Shown: in pieces, positions 46,551 through 62,732 of the stretch
Layout of the letters: each line of letters starts with the position of its first letter
Numbering within the stretch: the stretch's first letter is position 1
Source: Eledone cirrhosa
Lineage: Eukaryota
Length of the DNA: 64,000 nt
Reading direction: 5' to 3'
Assembly: GCA_964016885.1 (NCBI GenBank)
Contig: OZ024746.1
Coordinates: 38,502,001-38,566,000 of the forward strand
Notes under the pieces: model-generated
The model's input: only the letters and a program-made list of their open reading frames with translations
Told to the model about the DNA's origin: nothing
Database searches by the model: none
Program-made: the position numbers and the translations under genes

Positions 46551-46933
46551 AATTTTAAGAACCCGATGTTAAAACAGAGTATATATATTTCAATTTCGAT
46601 CCCTTAGAATTTGACCAAATTCTTTTAACTTTCCCATTTCGTTTTTTTCGCGAGAAAATGGCATATTTTATATAACCTTGTTTGAAGACAATATATAATA
46701 CAAAATAGACGAGAACATTAACAGAAAAAGAAGAGGCGGCAACAACCAGTCTCTGAGTGAAGAGAAATAGAGGTGCAAAACAAAACGTCAAGTAGAACGC
46801 AAGAAAGTCAGGCGGCGAATCGGTAGAGTCGGATAGAATGTCTCGTGGTACTTGTTTCAACTCAAATCACGCCACAGTAACTTTGCCTTTAACCCTTTCG
46901 GGGTCGTTAAAAACATTCCTTTTCTCTTTATTA

Positions 46934-47007
<74 letters not shown>

Positions 47008-47702
47008 TACTCTCCTTCTGTCGCTCACTCACTCAATCTCTCACACAGTCGTTCTCTCCTTCTCTGTGTTCAGACCTGGAGGTAGGATGGGCTCGGCCAG
47101 GTTTAAAGTGCTAAACGCACCCTACGACTCTATCAACAGTTACATATAAAAAAGAGAGTGATACTGAAAAGTTAAACGGTCGAAATATAACTGAAACAAG
47201 AAATTAAATAAACCAATAACGAAAATAAATACAGGCGGGAGGATTAGAGCAGGCAAACCGAGAAATAGGGAAACTCACTAAAAGAGATGGAAGAAAGAAA
47301 CAAAAAATAATTATTAATGAAAGATTAAGAGTATGTAACAAGTATCAGTAAACTAAAGATAGAAATATTGAGTTTCTAGGAGCAAGACACAGGAAAGGCG
47401 GTTATATTTAAATATCTTAATTACTTAAGAAAAAAATTCTAAAAACGGATCGTGCTTAGGGTAAGTAGGATGAGAAGAAGAAATATTAAATAGGAGAGCG
47501 TTAGTCTTATTCCGAAGTTCAAGAATAAATAGAGCGGAAAATCGAACCTGGTACAGAGCTCTACTTTAAATTGATATACATAGAAAAAATAATTAAATAA
47601 AAATAAGGGGGAAAGGAAGTTGGTTAAAAGAATAGACAGACACCAACTTTTTTTTTTAATATACGCTGGCACTGTGGCTAATACACCTGAAATAATACAA
47701 AC

Positions 47703-47735
<33 letters not shown>

Positions 47736-47742
47736 CATATAT

Positions 47743-49167
<1,425 letters not shown>

Positions 49168-50331
49168 TTGCATCTAATAACTGCATATACACATGTACAG
49201 ATACAAAGCTTATGCACACATACAACTCAAAACATCCCCATCCATACATACAATAACATCCATATCTACACATGCATGCATACATACATATCTACCTAGT
49301 TGATGTTGTGTAAATTCCAATGAGGGAGTCTTGTGTCTATGTTAGAAACCGACTCTCTCTCTATTGGTAAAACTTTGTGAAATTATAAAACCAGAAGAAC
49401 ATACATACATACATACATACATACATACATACATACATACATACATACATACATACATACATACATACATAGGTGTTACAAGATGCTTAAACTATTCTGC
49501 GGTTTGTGCTCCAAATAAAATTACAGTGATTTCCGCTATGTGGTCATAAGATACTTGAGTGATTGCTTAGCGCGTATAATCCTATAGTCTGGAAATTTTA
49601 TCATAATTTTAATAAGACATTGCCTTACATTACGTGGAAAAAATTATAATACCGCAAGTGAATGTTTTTTATTTTATTTCAGTATTCATTTTCTTATCCA
49701 ATTATCGTTACAATACTGTATATTGCGAGGAATAGTTATTCACGGTATTTTACTGTAACATCCTAAATGAGAGACAAGAACATTTTGAGAACGTGATCCT
49801 ATTTAAAATGGCAGTTATATAAAGATTTTCTATTTTTAATTATCTCACTCTTAAATTGTGTCCCGAATACTTTTTATTCTACTCAGATTTCGTTTTCTTT
49901 TATAGTCTGCCAAAATATATATTTGATATTTGTATTTATATGCAATGTTGTAACCTTCACTTAAAAATAATTTTTAAATAATTAAAATATACACAGACAT
50001 GTATATAATGTAAAATGAAATTGGAAGGCCCATATATGGGTGTTGTGAGGGGGTGGGGTGCCTGTGAACTATATATACACTGCTCACAGACACAGACACA
50101 TATACACACACACACATACACACACATATACACACATATACACACAAACTTAGAAATCCTTCATATTTAGCTGGAAATATTCGCTACACACATCCTGTCC
50201 TAACGCAAGTTATGATAAATATTCAGTCACCAAATTTTATCTAGATACAGTAATGCTGTATTCGATTCTTTGAAGTCACCGGTTATAATTTCATTCAACA
50301 ACACCACCATCTCTCTCTCTCTCTCTATCTA

Positions 50332-50403
<72 letters not shown>

Positions 50404-50405
<2 letters not shown>

Positions 50406-50433
50406 AAGAGGAAGAGACAGAGGTTGTGAGAGA

Positions 50434-50474
<41 letters not shown>

Positions 50475-50670
50475 TATACTCTCTCACAACCTCTGTCTCT
50501 TTCTTTCTATCTTTCACTCTCTCTATTTATGAAGGTACCCGGAAAAAGCCCGTATCTCGGGAACCCATGATCTGATTTACGCGAAACTTGTTTTATTCCA
50601 TTCGTATTCCCATTATGCGTCGTTGTGGCTGTATTAAATTACAGACAAACATACAATCACATAGTTTTAG
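50404..50670 (+). mobile_element. Family D element with a short 5' inverted duplication around a (TA)n loop
   Basis: agagacagaggttgtgagagagt / actctctcacaacctctgtctct. Confidence 0.75.
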
Positions 50671-51365
50671 TACTATGTAGATATATCTGTCACATGCATG
50701 CTGTTTACTTCCGATCGTTAAATAAAAAAGGCTAAACAAACGCCAGCCTACGGATCATCTCCACATACACACACACAGACACACACATATATATGCATGC
50801 ATATATTTACATACATATCCACACAAACATATCCACATATACATACACATACAAATACACTTATGTAAGATCATATCCATCCATCTAGATTCTAGATACA
50901 TATGAAAAAATATAACTATAATTTACAACACTATGAGTAAATAAACATAACTGAGCCTAAGTGTAGATAACCAATTGCTAGTGTTAAATCACAAGGTGTT
51001 ACTAAAAATATGTATATCTAAAGCAAACGAAGATTCAGAATGCTGTAAACATTTATTCTGATTAGATCGTAATGAAAATGTAAAGCAGTATATACTAAAG
51101 TTTAAAGGACCAATGGAAATATAAATTAAATTATATCAGGCATTAAATAGAGCCTTGAAGAAACAACTTATACACAAATATGCACTTAGAAATATTAGGA
51201 TTGGGTAAATAAGAAAAGATTGGAAGCAAATAGAAGTTGACGTATAACAGTCCTAGTAGAGGTATATCAATAAGTAATTAATAAACAGCTCAAGGTAAAG
51301 GAGTAATTAAAGCCATAGAATTAATATTAGACAAAGTAGGGTCATCATTATTATAATAGATAAGA

Positions 51366-51480
51366 AGGCGCTGGATTGGCTGTATCGGTAGAATGTCGCA
51401 CAACATGCTTTACTGCATAGAGTTATATCCTTTTACGATCTGAGTTCTTAATTGTTGGCCTTGTGCCTAAATCAGAAACA
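51366..51480 (+). mobile_element. SINE with the central domain deleted
   Basis: tRNA head joined directly to taattgttggccttgtgcctaaatcagaaaca. Confidence 0.75.
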
Positions 51481-51539
51481 GCCCCGAATAAGAAGAAGGC
51501 GAAGAAGAAAAAGACAGCTCGTCTTGCAAGCTCTAGCTG

Positions 51540-52125
51540 TGAGTCTGTGGCTATAGCTTACTTCGAGCGGACTTGCCCCATGTATAGGAGCAAATTTTTG
51601 AACAAAATAGAAAGGATTAGGAATAATGTAAATAAAATCAACTCATGGTACGATTGCAATATATACCAAAGTTTAATGTTCGTCAATACAACCCTTAGAG
51701 GCGAACTAGCTTAAATTAAATATTAAGATAGCTGAAAGACCAGGTATTCCCATAAAAACCCTAATTAGTAAAACATATCCATTTCAAAGAAATCCCTGCA
51801 CTGATAGGAAATGCATAGTCTGCAAGCTAAGACTGCAAACTAACTGCAAAACGTAGTATATAACATAAGATGTACTGAGGGACAGTATAAGAATAAGAAC
51901 ATAACATACATAGGTGAAACAGCCAGTAGCATAGGAGAAAGGATAAGTGAACACTGGCAAGAACTCCAGGATGGGAAAATCTCATTAGTACTTCACCAAC
52001 ATGCCAAAATAGAACATAGGGGCACATTAGAGAACATAGAGATACAAATCATATCCACACACAGAAAGGGTGCAATGCTCAGACAAATCACAGAGGCGAC
52101 AAACATAAACGAACACCAACCAAAA

Positions 52126-52127
<2 letters not shown>
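51540..52127 (+). pseudogene. Decayed family B-like Penelope ORF: linker, Cys cluster, GIY-YIG endonuclease
   Basis: PMYRSK...MFVNTTLRGELA; NPCTDRKCIVC; NVVYNIRC...YIGETASSIGERISEHW...RQITEA. Confidence 0.85.
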
Positions 52128-52192
<65 letters not shown>

Positions 52193-52195
<3 letters not shown>

Positions 52196-52470
52196 TAATA
52201 AGAGGAATTCCAACTTTGTCTGATTTACTCGTTTTATTTACAATCCTGTAAAAATGTATAATGGTATTATAATGAAATAGTATGATAGAATATTAAATGT
52301 TAAGTGTTAATTGTTCAATTAACACTTAACATTTAATATTCTATCATACTATTTCATTATAATACCATTATAAATGTTTAAAGGATTGTAAATAAAACGA
52401 GTAAATCAGACAAAGTTGGAATTCCTCTTATTAATATAATCTTCTATACACAATCATACACACCCGTGTA
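52193..52470. mobile_element. Near-perfect 245-bp palindrome (2-nt loop at 52314-52315) with ~30-nt tail
   Basis: 121-bp arms with about 3 mismatches, set within (TA)n. Confidence 0.9.
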
Positions 52471-52489
52471 TATTTATCTCTCTCTCTAT

Positions 52490-52601
<112 letters not shown>

Positions 52602-53333
52602 GTGTATAACAAAAATATATCTATTCAAGCTAGAAAATAAACCACGTTTTTTTGTAATACTATGAAGGTATTTTACTCATTTCAAACGTATATCTTTACA
52701 TTATCAGAGTGAAATCTACTTGCATTGCCTGTATGAATTTTGCGTTTCTATTTATTATCGGCTCCTTAGAAAATATCATTTTTACATTGCACTGATATAT
52801 ATATTTAACATCGTTTCTTATCACATTTGTATCGTATACTCTTTGTTAAGAGCTTCAAATGTTGTGAAATTGTACGTAATTGTACGTAATTGTTCGTTAA
52901 CTGTGAAAGTTTGCTTGATGAAAGAGAATTTACAGCTATTACATGCACCAGTCAAATAAAGGGCTCTTTAACATATCTACAGTAAAAGAAGCTAAAATGT
53001 GTAACGAAACCATAAATTGCTGATACATCGATTGTTAAATAGAAAATTATGTATCATACCGATAGCCATTGACTACGGATGTGGACTCACACCTATTTCC
53101 TGATGATAAGGCCAAAGTATGAATTAATGCATGCGATTCTATAACTCCCACTAATCCCGAAGAAGATTTCCGCAGAAATATATTGATATAAATTGATTTA
53201 CCTAACTGTAAGTTTTATTTATTTAATAAAGCGGCGTATGGAAACGAGTTTATATTAATCATTTCCGTTACTATAAATGCTTCTAAGTAATCGTTTGATA
53301 TTTAAAAGGCATATTAATATGTATATATATACA

Positions 53334-53435
<102 letters not shown>

Positions 53436-53504
53436 TGTGTGTGTATGTGTGTGTGTGTAAATAAGTAAATATATATATATATGTATATATACATATATAC
53501 ATTG

Positions 53505-54338
<834 letters not shown>

Positions 54339-54362
54339 CTTCTACAAGACTAGAACTGATTC

Positions 54363-54409
54363 CTTCCTGATGATTTCTCCCGAATGAAACAGCTCTAGTC
54401 CTGTAGAAG
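54363..54409 (+). ncRNA. Type I hammerhead motif in a short Penelope-like end (54337-54494)
   Basis: cttc-CTGATGA-tttc-tccc-gaat-GAAA-cag-ctctagtc-ctg-TA-gaag; preceded by an inverted copy of its own 3' part. Confidence 0.75.
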
Positions 54410-54528
54410 CCATTTCTATATTAAATATTTATACTCTGCTATGTATTGAGTATCTTAATTACTGTGGTTACCCCCGATTGAACCCAGGATAAACTTATAT
54501 ATATATATATATATAGATATATATATAT

Positions 54529-54614
<86 letters not shown>

Positions 54615-55440
54615 TTCACACATACGCTTCAATATCAAGCGATGCATTACCTTTCTCTTAACCTGTACTAACAAATGATAGTCATTTTGAAATATAACTC
54701 GGAAATTAGATATTACATATAATATACACATAAATTACAATAATTAAATATATATCTATTTCATTTTTTATTTTATATGAAATGAAATACCATTGGTTTA
54801 TAATTACTCCACCAATTCGTAAAAATCCGCATCGTGATGTAATATTTTATCTCTGATGGTAAAATTGATGTTTATAATAATAAAAAAAAAAAAAACAATT
54901 TAATAAAAAACGAAAAATAATAGATTGAGAAGAAAAAATGGAACATAAAATAAGAAAATATAAAAAAAAACATAAAAAGAAGGGAAAGGCAATGAATGAT
55001 ACTAATATCACAAAAGAATGTGGAGGGGAATGGGGAGTGCGATATGCTCTGGGCCTAGAGCGCGGCGGTGTCGGGGCTGCGCTCCACGGACAAGACCGCA
55101 AAAGCAGCGACTACCCGTTACAACAGCCACCCACCCCCTCGTAATATCGAATTATTTCTATAATTGTATTACATATATGTTGTATCATATGATATGATAT
55201 CATATATCAGATACGTCACCACGTTTGCACTCTAACCGATAAACCATCCCTTCCCTTATTTCCCAGCCCCCTATCTCTCGTAACTTTACTATTACCCGAT
55301 CAAGGACTAACGTCTGATAATTTGAGATTTTTTTTTCCTTTACACACAAGCGAGGAAACTAATAAGGCTTTGTGTAGCTGTTCTCTTTATTTTCTTTTTT
55401 TTTAAACATTGAACCATAACTATCTATCTATCTATCTATC

Positions 55441-55910
55441 ACAAAGGAAGCAAAGGCGGTTTTTCTGTGCGTAATAGCCATGTTGAAAGAGGTTGTTTGG
55501 TGGACACGATTGAAAGGTCTGAGGTCAAGCAACTTCCACTCTGGCCATAGTCTGGTCTACTTCTTCCGATATCACTTCGGAAGAAGGATAAGAATGGAGA
55601 GAGAGGTGTTTGGCCACAGGCAGTTTTATGAAAGGTGGGTGATAGTGGCGAGAATGGCTCGTGTAAATGGGCCTTCTCTGTATACCATCCTGTAGGTAAA
55701 GAAGTGAAGGAGAGGGGAGCACCTTCTCCATGTGCTCCCCGGGCAAAGGATTGCACACTTTTTCGGGGGTGTGTGCAACCCCCATCACGTCCCCTCCCTT
55801 TTGAGGTTGTTTTCGATTATTTTCATTTTATACCCTTTTTACTCGATTGTATGTAAACTCCCCCTTTGTATTTGTCCCTTCTTTTTATGCCTTTATGGTA
55901 AATAAAGAAA
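55441..55910 (+). mobile_element. 3' end of a Tx1/L1-like LINE in a (TATC)n tract
   Basis: KEVVWWTR...LVYFFRYHFGRRIRMEREVF...FYERW, then a UTR ending aataaagaaa; (TATC)n on both sides. Confidence 0.65.
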
Positions 55911-55957
55911 TATATCTATCTATCTATCTATCTATTGCCCTTGTGGCTCATAAAGAA

Positions 55958-56003
<46 letters not shown>

Positions 56004-56096
56004 ATATGTATCTAGCTAGCAAGCTATATATATATATATATCTTTCTTTCTCTCTATATATATAATTACATACGCACTACATAATATATATATATT

Positions 56097-56239
<143 letters not shown>

Positions 56240-56859
56240 ACCCCACAAACATGTATACCTATGTATGTAAGTTTATATAGCATAACATTGCCTATGTCTG
56301 CTGTATGATAAAACTAGTGAAGTTAAGTTGATCTTTTGTTTACTAAGAACGTGACACCTCCTCGAAAACAGTAGCACTTGGCATCCTGAATAATACTGTT
56401 GATCAATAAATAATAAATATAAACAAAATATAATAAATGAAATGAAGAAATATACAGGTGAACAGATATTCAAATAAAAAAAGATGAATTCATTAATGAA
56501 AAAATTCTAAAGAAATGTAGTAGCAAAGAATAAATGTTTCCCAAAAAGTGACCGTATTATCACAGCTTGAGGCAAAGAAGAAATGCATCAAGCAGCAACA
56601 GCAGAAGCAGCAGCAACAGGAACAAGCAGCAGCAGTAAAGGCAGGAGAACTAACATTTATATATTCAAAAATACAAAATAATGTAATTTACCTTCGTGTT
56701 AACTGAATTCCAGTTTACTTTTAACCAAGAGAAATAACAAATTACGTGTGGCTAGAGGCAACAAAAACAATCATACTGCATCGTCCTTCTCATGCGGCAA
56801 ACATTAGCGATGGACTTGGGACATGTCCTGGGAGGCGTACGATGAACGTACAAAGATTG

Positions 56860-57135
56860 CTTATTCCGAGACCTTAAAGAAGGCTGGAAGAAAGCAACCG
56901 TAACCATTGTAACCTGGAACAGATAAAGAGCAGGAATTTATGGAGGAGGCTAGATATAGTCAACTTCCGGTTAGATATAGTCAACGTTTCCTCAACAAAG
57001 ATCCGTGGTTCTGTTACTCTAGATTTGGATGGAGGATGGAAACTCCACTATTCTGGTGTGGCGCCAGAAATGATTGCACATGTGGAAGTAGGGTTACTCA
57101 CAAGCCTCCATCTGTCAGAATGTGTTATCGCCAAT
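56860..57135 (+). mobile_element. Decayed RTE LINE AP-endonuclease N-terminal fragment
   Basis: VTIVTWN ... LDGGWKLHYSGVAPEMIAHVEVGLLTS. Confidence 0.65.
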
Positions 57136-57152
57136 TATCTTGATTTCGTTCG

Positions 57153-57281
57153 CATAACCAACCAACCAACCGGAAATTTGTAAATTCCTAAATTTATAAA
57201 TTTATTATAATAAATTGAAGTGAAAGCAACTGGTGCGTGTGTTTCTTATTGGCAACATGACCCTCCCGAAGTATAACAATA
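57153..57281 (+). mobile_element. Solo tail-less family B pLTR end
   Basis: Nearly identical to 62221-62342. Confidence 0.85.
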
Positions 57282-57404
57282 TATATATATAATTATATCC
57301 TTACACACGAACTACTGACCAAATATTTGGCATCAATGGGTTAAAGACATCTGTCAAATCAATTAGTGGTAAAGGTGGTGTATATATATATATATATATG
57401 TATA

Positions 57405-57984
57405 TCAGGTTACCAGTTGGTGCAACTGGTAACATGTATCGCAGTACAACCTGTCCCATGGTCGAGTCGTTGGCGACTAAACTGGCAACCCCACCAAGGT
57501 TTCTTGGTGAGGAGGGTGACTTTGGACATCCTGCAGGACTAAAAAGAAAACCTGTCAACGGGCAAAGGAGCTCTTAAGAGTCAATGGCCATCGAAAATCA
57601 CCGTCAAGGCAGAATTCTAGAAGGAAAACTCTGATATAACACCTGCAACCCTGATGGTATCCAATGATGTTGACTTGCTCTTCTTTTTGGTAAATATCAT
57701 CATGATTAAGAGAGTGGGACTGGCTTTGTGCGGTGCCTTTGCTCACTATAAAAGCTTCACGGCACAGGCATTGCTTTATATCTGGAGATCTCTCTGCACT
57801 TGTCTTCACATGGTACCATGGGCTTAGCACTATGTGTCAATAATTGTCACAAGTGTAGTGTTTGTACCAGAGTTTTCAAGTCGCTGGCTGAACTCAAGTC
57901 ACACTCGTTCAACGCATCGGTACGGGTTTTCCTACATGGATATAAAGTAGTGGCCGTACTCGAAAACGAGTTGGCAGCCACCAT
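57405..57984 (+). mobile_element. RTE-derived bipartite short element (family F), full length
   Basis: Colinear with 21485-22093; lies in (TA)n. Confidence 0.85.
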
Positions 57985-58048
57985 ATATATATGTATATAT
58001 ATTAGCAACTACACAGCCATTTCTATTCTCCATATATTTCATTATATA

Positions 58049-58157
<109 letters not shown>

Positions 58158-58367
58158 TATACAGATATAATTTCACCGAGTTCGTATTTCGGCTGTGGTC
58201 AAAAACAAAGCGAAACGCAATTTTCGAGATATGCGGCAAGCGCTTAATGGACTAAAAGAAGACCAGAGCAATTAACTTACGTTATAGAGGCCAAACAAAG
58301 TGAAAACGGCAATCACGAAGCTATCAGTCACCGGAGCCAAAAAAAAAACGAAGCAAGCTAAACAGGT

Positions 58368-58435
<68 letters not shown>

Positions 58436-58446
58436 TATATATATTT

Positions 58447-61346
58447 AACCTGAGGACATAAATCGAGATGGACAACACATTACCTCCAACCACGGGGTCG
58501 CCGACCGTACGGAACCCCTAGACCCACGGACACCCTACTTCACACTGAAGGACCACAAATCCGATTTCGACCGTAAACCTTCTATCAGGCTTATAAACCC
58601 AACGAAGTCCGACATAGGGAGAATCAGTAAAAAAATCCTAGACCTCGTTATACCAAAAGTTAAGCAAAACGCCAGACTTACCCTATGGGTCAACACCCAG
58701 GAAGTAATCTCATGGTTCAGCAATATGGAGGACAAACGAGACACAAAATTCATCCAGTTAGAGAGTTACTATGCTTCAATTACCTTACCGCTAATTACGG
58801 CTGCCTTGGACTTTGCCGAGACACTTGCGCCCATCACCGACCAGGAAAGAAACATCATTCTCCACGCCAGGAAGACAGTCTTACTTTTCGACAACTCCTA
58901 ATGGATAAAGAGAGCTCCCGACTCACCCTTCGACGTCAGCATGGGCGCGACGGATTCGGCTGAGGTCACAGATCTTATAGGATTATTCCTACTAGTTAAA
59001 CTCACCGATATGTTTCCTGCATTCGGCGGCGGATTGTACCGTCATGATGGGCTCCTTACCCTTAAAGGGTACAACCCCAGTAGTACAGACCGGATCCGTA
59101 AACAATTAATCAGCTTCTTCCGCGACTGGGGATTTAAAATAACCCTACAAACGTCACTGGCCCGAGTAAACTTCCTGGACGTTACGCTTGACTTCGATAA
59201 TGATCTGTACTACGCATACAGGAAACCCAACGACAACCTGCACTTCATCCACCGCCGGTCAAACCATCCTAGGAACATCACCAATAACCTGGTTAAAAAC
59301 ATCTCACTCCGCTTATCTCGTTTGTCCGCTAATGAGCAGATATTCAAGGAGCATGCGCCTTAATACAACCAGGACCTCAAGCGGAGTGGTTTCCGGGAGA
59401 AAATATCCTACTGTCCAGCTTCCATTAGCGGAACCAGCAGGCGACACCGCAGCTCACGCAATGTAACATGGTTCAATCCTCCCCACAACGCCGAGGTGAC
59501 AACTCCTATCGGGAAAAATCTTCTTTAGGCTCATTGGAAAACACTTCCCACTACAACACCGCTACCACAACATAATCAACAAAAATACCATCAAACTCTC
59601 CTACAGCACCACACCAAACTTTGCACAAAACATCGTCTCCTCTAACAACAAAAAACTCAACCCCTATGGAAGAAATAACCTAAATAGCAGTGGAGAGCCG
59701 ACCAGGAGGTGCAACTGTCCTGATGGATCCATATGCCCCCTCGACAACAGATGCAGAGATCGTAATGTGATCTACCAGTGCAACGTGAGGACGGACACCT
59801 TCAACAAAGCTTATATAGGATTAAGCGCATGTGACTTCAAGACCCGGCTATACCAACACAGACATACTTTCCGAAACCCGGCCCGGCGTCACGCCACTAC
59901 ACTTTTGGGCCACATCTGGGACCTCAAAGATAACAATATTACCTATGATCTCACTTGGAGCTTACTGTCCAGAGCCAACTCTTACACGGGAGGACGCCGT
60001 CCGTGCAATTTATGCTCGGAGGAAACTTTACAAATGCTGTTTTCGACGGACCAACTCCTAAACAAGAAAGACGAACTGGTAACTGCATGCAAACACAGAT
60101 CGCGTAGGTCTTACCTCGCCCTCAAACCCCAGGGGGGGTACACCAGGGCTGTAACACCCCACTTGCCGACTTTGTAATGGGTAACCCCTGCTTGCAAAGG
60201 TAGACGTAAGATCTTCTTTTATATATTTTTATCGTTTCCTCTATATCTCCTTCTTCCGCCCATCCCTTCCTAGTCCTTCCTCCCCAGTCCTCCTTCTTTG
60301 TCGTCGTCCTTTTCATTTTCTCGCCCACCCGAGGCAGCCCCGCGGTCCTTTGTAGCCTCAGTACCCCCACCCCCATCCCCTATTCTATGATAGAATTGGC
60401 CGACTCCGCTTTTTATAGCAGATACTTGCTTTCTTATCCAATGGCTGCCCCATTTCCGTGCTTTCTACATTTCTTAGTGGTATCTCTGCTTTAATTTCTC
60501 GTATATCGATTTTTTTTTTGGGGGGGGGGGATTCTGAATTAATTTTCCGTATCAAATTTTTCATATACCTCGTACGAGCAATTTTTGTATCGTAGCGGCA
60601 CCCTTAGAGATAGTATTAGTATTCATTTTCGGAATTCTGAATTATTATTTCGTATTAGTTTATTTTTTGCACTGGGTGGTTGCTGACCTTGTGCCTAGGG
60701 TATAAACAATTATTTGGTATTAGTTTCAGGACACTGAATTATTAGTTCGTGGTAGTTTCTTTAGTATTTTGGCCCCCCACTTGTTGACCTGTCACCGTAA
60801 GATATACTCGGTTGATTACTACTAACTCTTAAAATGGTTTCATTACAATTCCGCCCCACCTAGTAATCTTTTCTATAGTTTAGCAGTACCAGTGAGAGAC
60901 TTGATGACTGTCGTTAGGGAATAGTAACCAGAAATTGTTTTTATTTAAATATTTTTAACATTCTTGGTATTCTTCTATATATTTACTCCATATTGATTTA
61001 CTTATTGTTTCGACTTCCTCCCCCTCCCCCTCCCTAGTATACAAGCTTGACCTCCTTCCCTGCTGTAGTTGGCACAATCAACGCACGACTGGGTTTCCTC
61101 CACTCCCTCTCCCTCTTTCTTCTACTGGCAGGTTCAGCTACCCCTTCCTTCCACAAATTGCCATGATAGAATTATGTGTCTCAACAACAAACTTTTGACC
61201 AATCCTTGTGACAATCACTTTTACCATACATGGAATTACCCCCTGAGAAGCTCGGCTATTCATATACCAGGATAAAAATGTTCATTTAGTCCAGAATTAG
61301 CCGTCGAAACGGTTTGAGCTCAGCCATCGGGGTCATACTCGTTCCT
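58447..61346 (+). mobile_element. Penelope-like retroelement (RT + GIY-YIG, possibly Nematis-type), 5'-truncated and inactivated, with ~1.1-kb 3' region
   Basis: FTLKDHK..RLINPTKSDIGRISK; FDVSMGATDSAEV; GLYRHDGL (YRDD eroded); VNFLDVTLD; WFNPP; CNC..CPL..C; VIYQC..AYIG; CNLC. Stops at about 58898 and 59361; frameshifts at about 58760 and 59520. Confidence 0.93.
61238..61333 (+). ncRNA. Hammerhead-like motif at the Penelope 3' end
   Basis: acccc-CTGAGAA-..cggcta...tagccg..-GAAA-cggtt-tgagctc-agcca-TC-ggggt; an inverted 3' half follows at 61362-61407. Confidence 0.75.
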
Positions 61347-61430
61347 ATATATATATATATATAGGAACAAGTAAGACCCGACGGCTGAGACTCAAGCCGT
61401 TTCGACGTTATATATATATATATATATATA

Positions 61431-62335
61431 TCGTTTCTGAATTTGTTTAGCAAGATTCTTTATCTGAAAACGTGTGTTGAAACCGATATTGTTATACTTT
61501 GGGAGGGTCATGTTGTTAACAATAAGAAACACACGCACCAGTTGCTTTCACTTCAATTTATTATAATAAATTTATAAATTTAGGAATTTATAAATTTCCG
61601 GTTGGTTGGTTGGTTGGTTACACAACCAGATGGTTGTTTATATATTGTCAAAGTTCTTTCGTCACACATTCTGTGACCTCTTCAGTGACTGGGGATTCTT
61701 TTCTTTGTTTTTGTGCCTCTCCTTTGTTCTGTCCTACGCCATTTTGTTTCTGTGTGTGTGTTGTCTGCTCAGTCTGCGCATGCGCCACATCCGGATGTCT
61801 GTGTGTGTTTATAATCGTTTATTTATTTGTTTATTTACATGTTACAGGTTGGTTGTTTGTTCTATGTGCGTGTGTGTTTTCATTTTGTCCTTAATTGTAA
61901 GTTGTGATGTTGCTGTTCCACTCGTTTTCTATTTAATTTTGGTTGTAATTCTTTTATGTTTATTGCCTCTGTGATTTGTCTAAACATTGCGTCTTTTCTG
62001 TGTGTAGATTCTATTTTTATTTCTATGTTCTCTGTTTTACCCTTATGTTCTATTTTAGCATGTTGGTAGAGTACAGATGATTCTTTACTATTTTGAAGGT
62101 CTCGCCAGTGTTCATTTATCCGTTCCCCTACACTACGAGCTGTCTCACCTATGAACACTATATTTTTGTCTCTACATTGTCCTTCAGTACAATATATAAA
62201 CAGCCATCTGGTTGTGGAACAAACCAACCAACCGGAAATTTATAAATTCCTAAATTAATAAATTTATTATAATAAATTGAAGTAAAACAACTGGTGCGTG
62301 TGTTTCTTATTGGCAACATGACCGTCCCAAAGTAT

Positions 62336-62342
<7 letters not shown>
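61431..62342 (-). mobile_element. Family B Penelope-like 3' fragment: tail, pLTR with hammerhead (61647-61689), GIY-YIG, inverted tail-less pLTR
   Basis: ORF 61880-62227 FIGETARSVGERINEHW...RQITEA; gtca-CTGAAGA-g-gtcac..gtgac-GAAA-gaac-TT-tgac. Confidence 0.92.
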
Positions 62343-62399
<57 letters not shown>

Positions 62400-62405
<6 letters not shown>

Positions 62406-62732
62406 GTGAGGTTTTTTTTACAAAATGAAAAATAACCGAGGTGTCCTACACGAGTGAAAGTATAAAGAAAAAGAGATGAAATCGAAAATGCAACTGAAGT
62501 CTTATTTTTTTTTTAAATATATATATTTATTTGGTTCCTTTACCGGTTTCGCAGTTCTTCTGCTTTTCAAAAGGTGAGTTGAGATGGAGGGTCTGTGGTT
62601 TTTCCACAGACCCTCCATCTCAACTCACCTTTTGAAAAGCAGAAGAACTGCGAAACCGGTAAAGGAACCAAATAAATATATATATTTTTAAAAAAAATAA
62701 GACTTCAGTTGCATTTTCGATTTCATCTCTTT

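Noticed and set aside
58447-60177. Active reverse transcriptase gene or recoded stops
   Set aside because: The stops are TAA, there are two frameshifts, and the catalytic YRDD is YRHD; ordinary decay.
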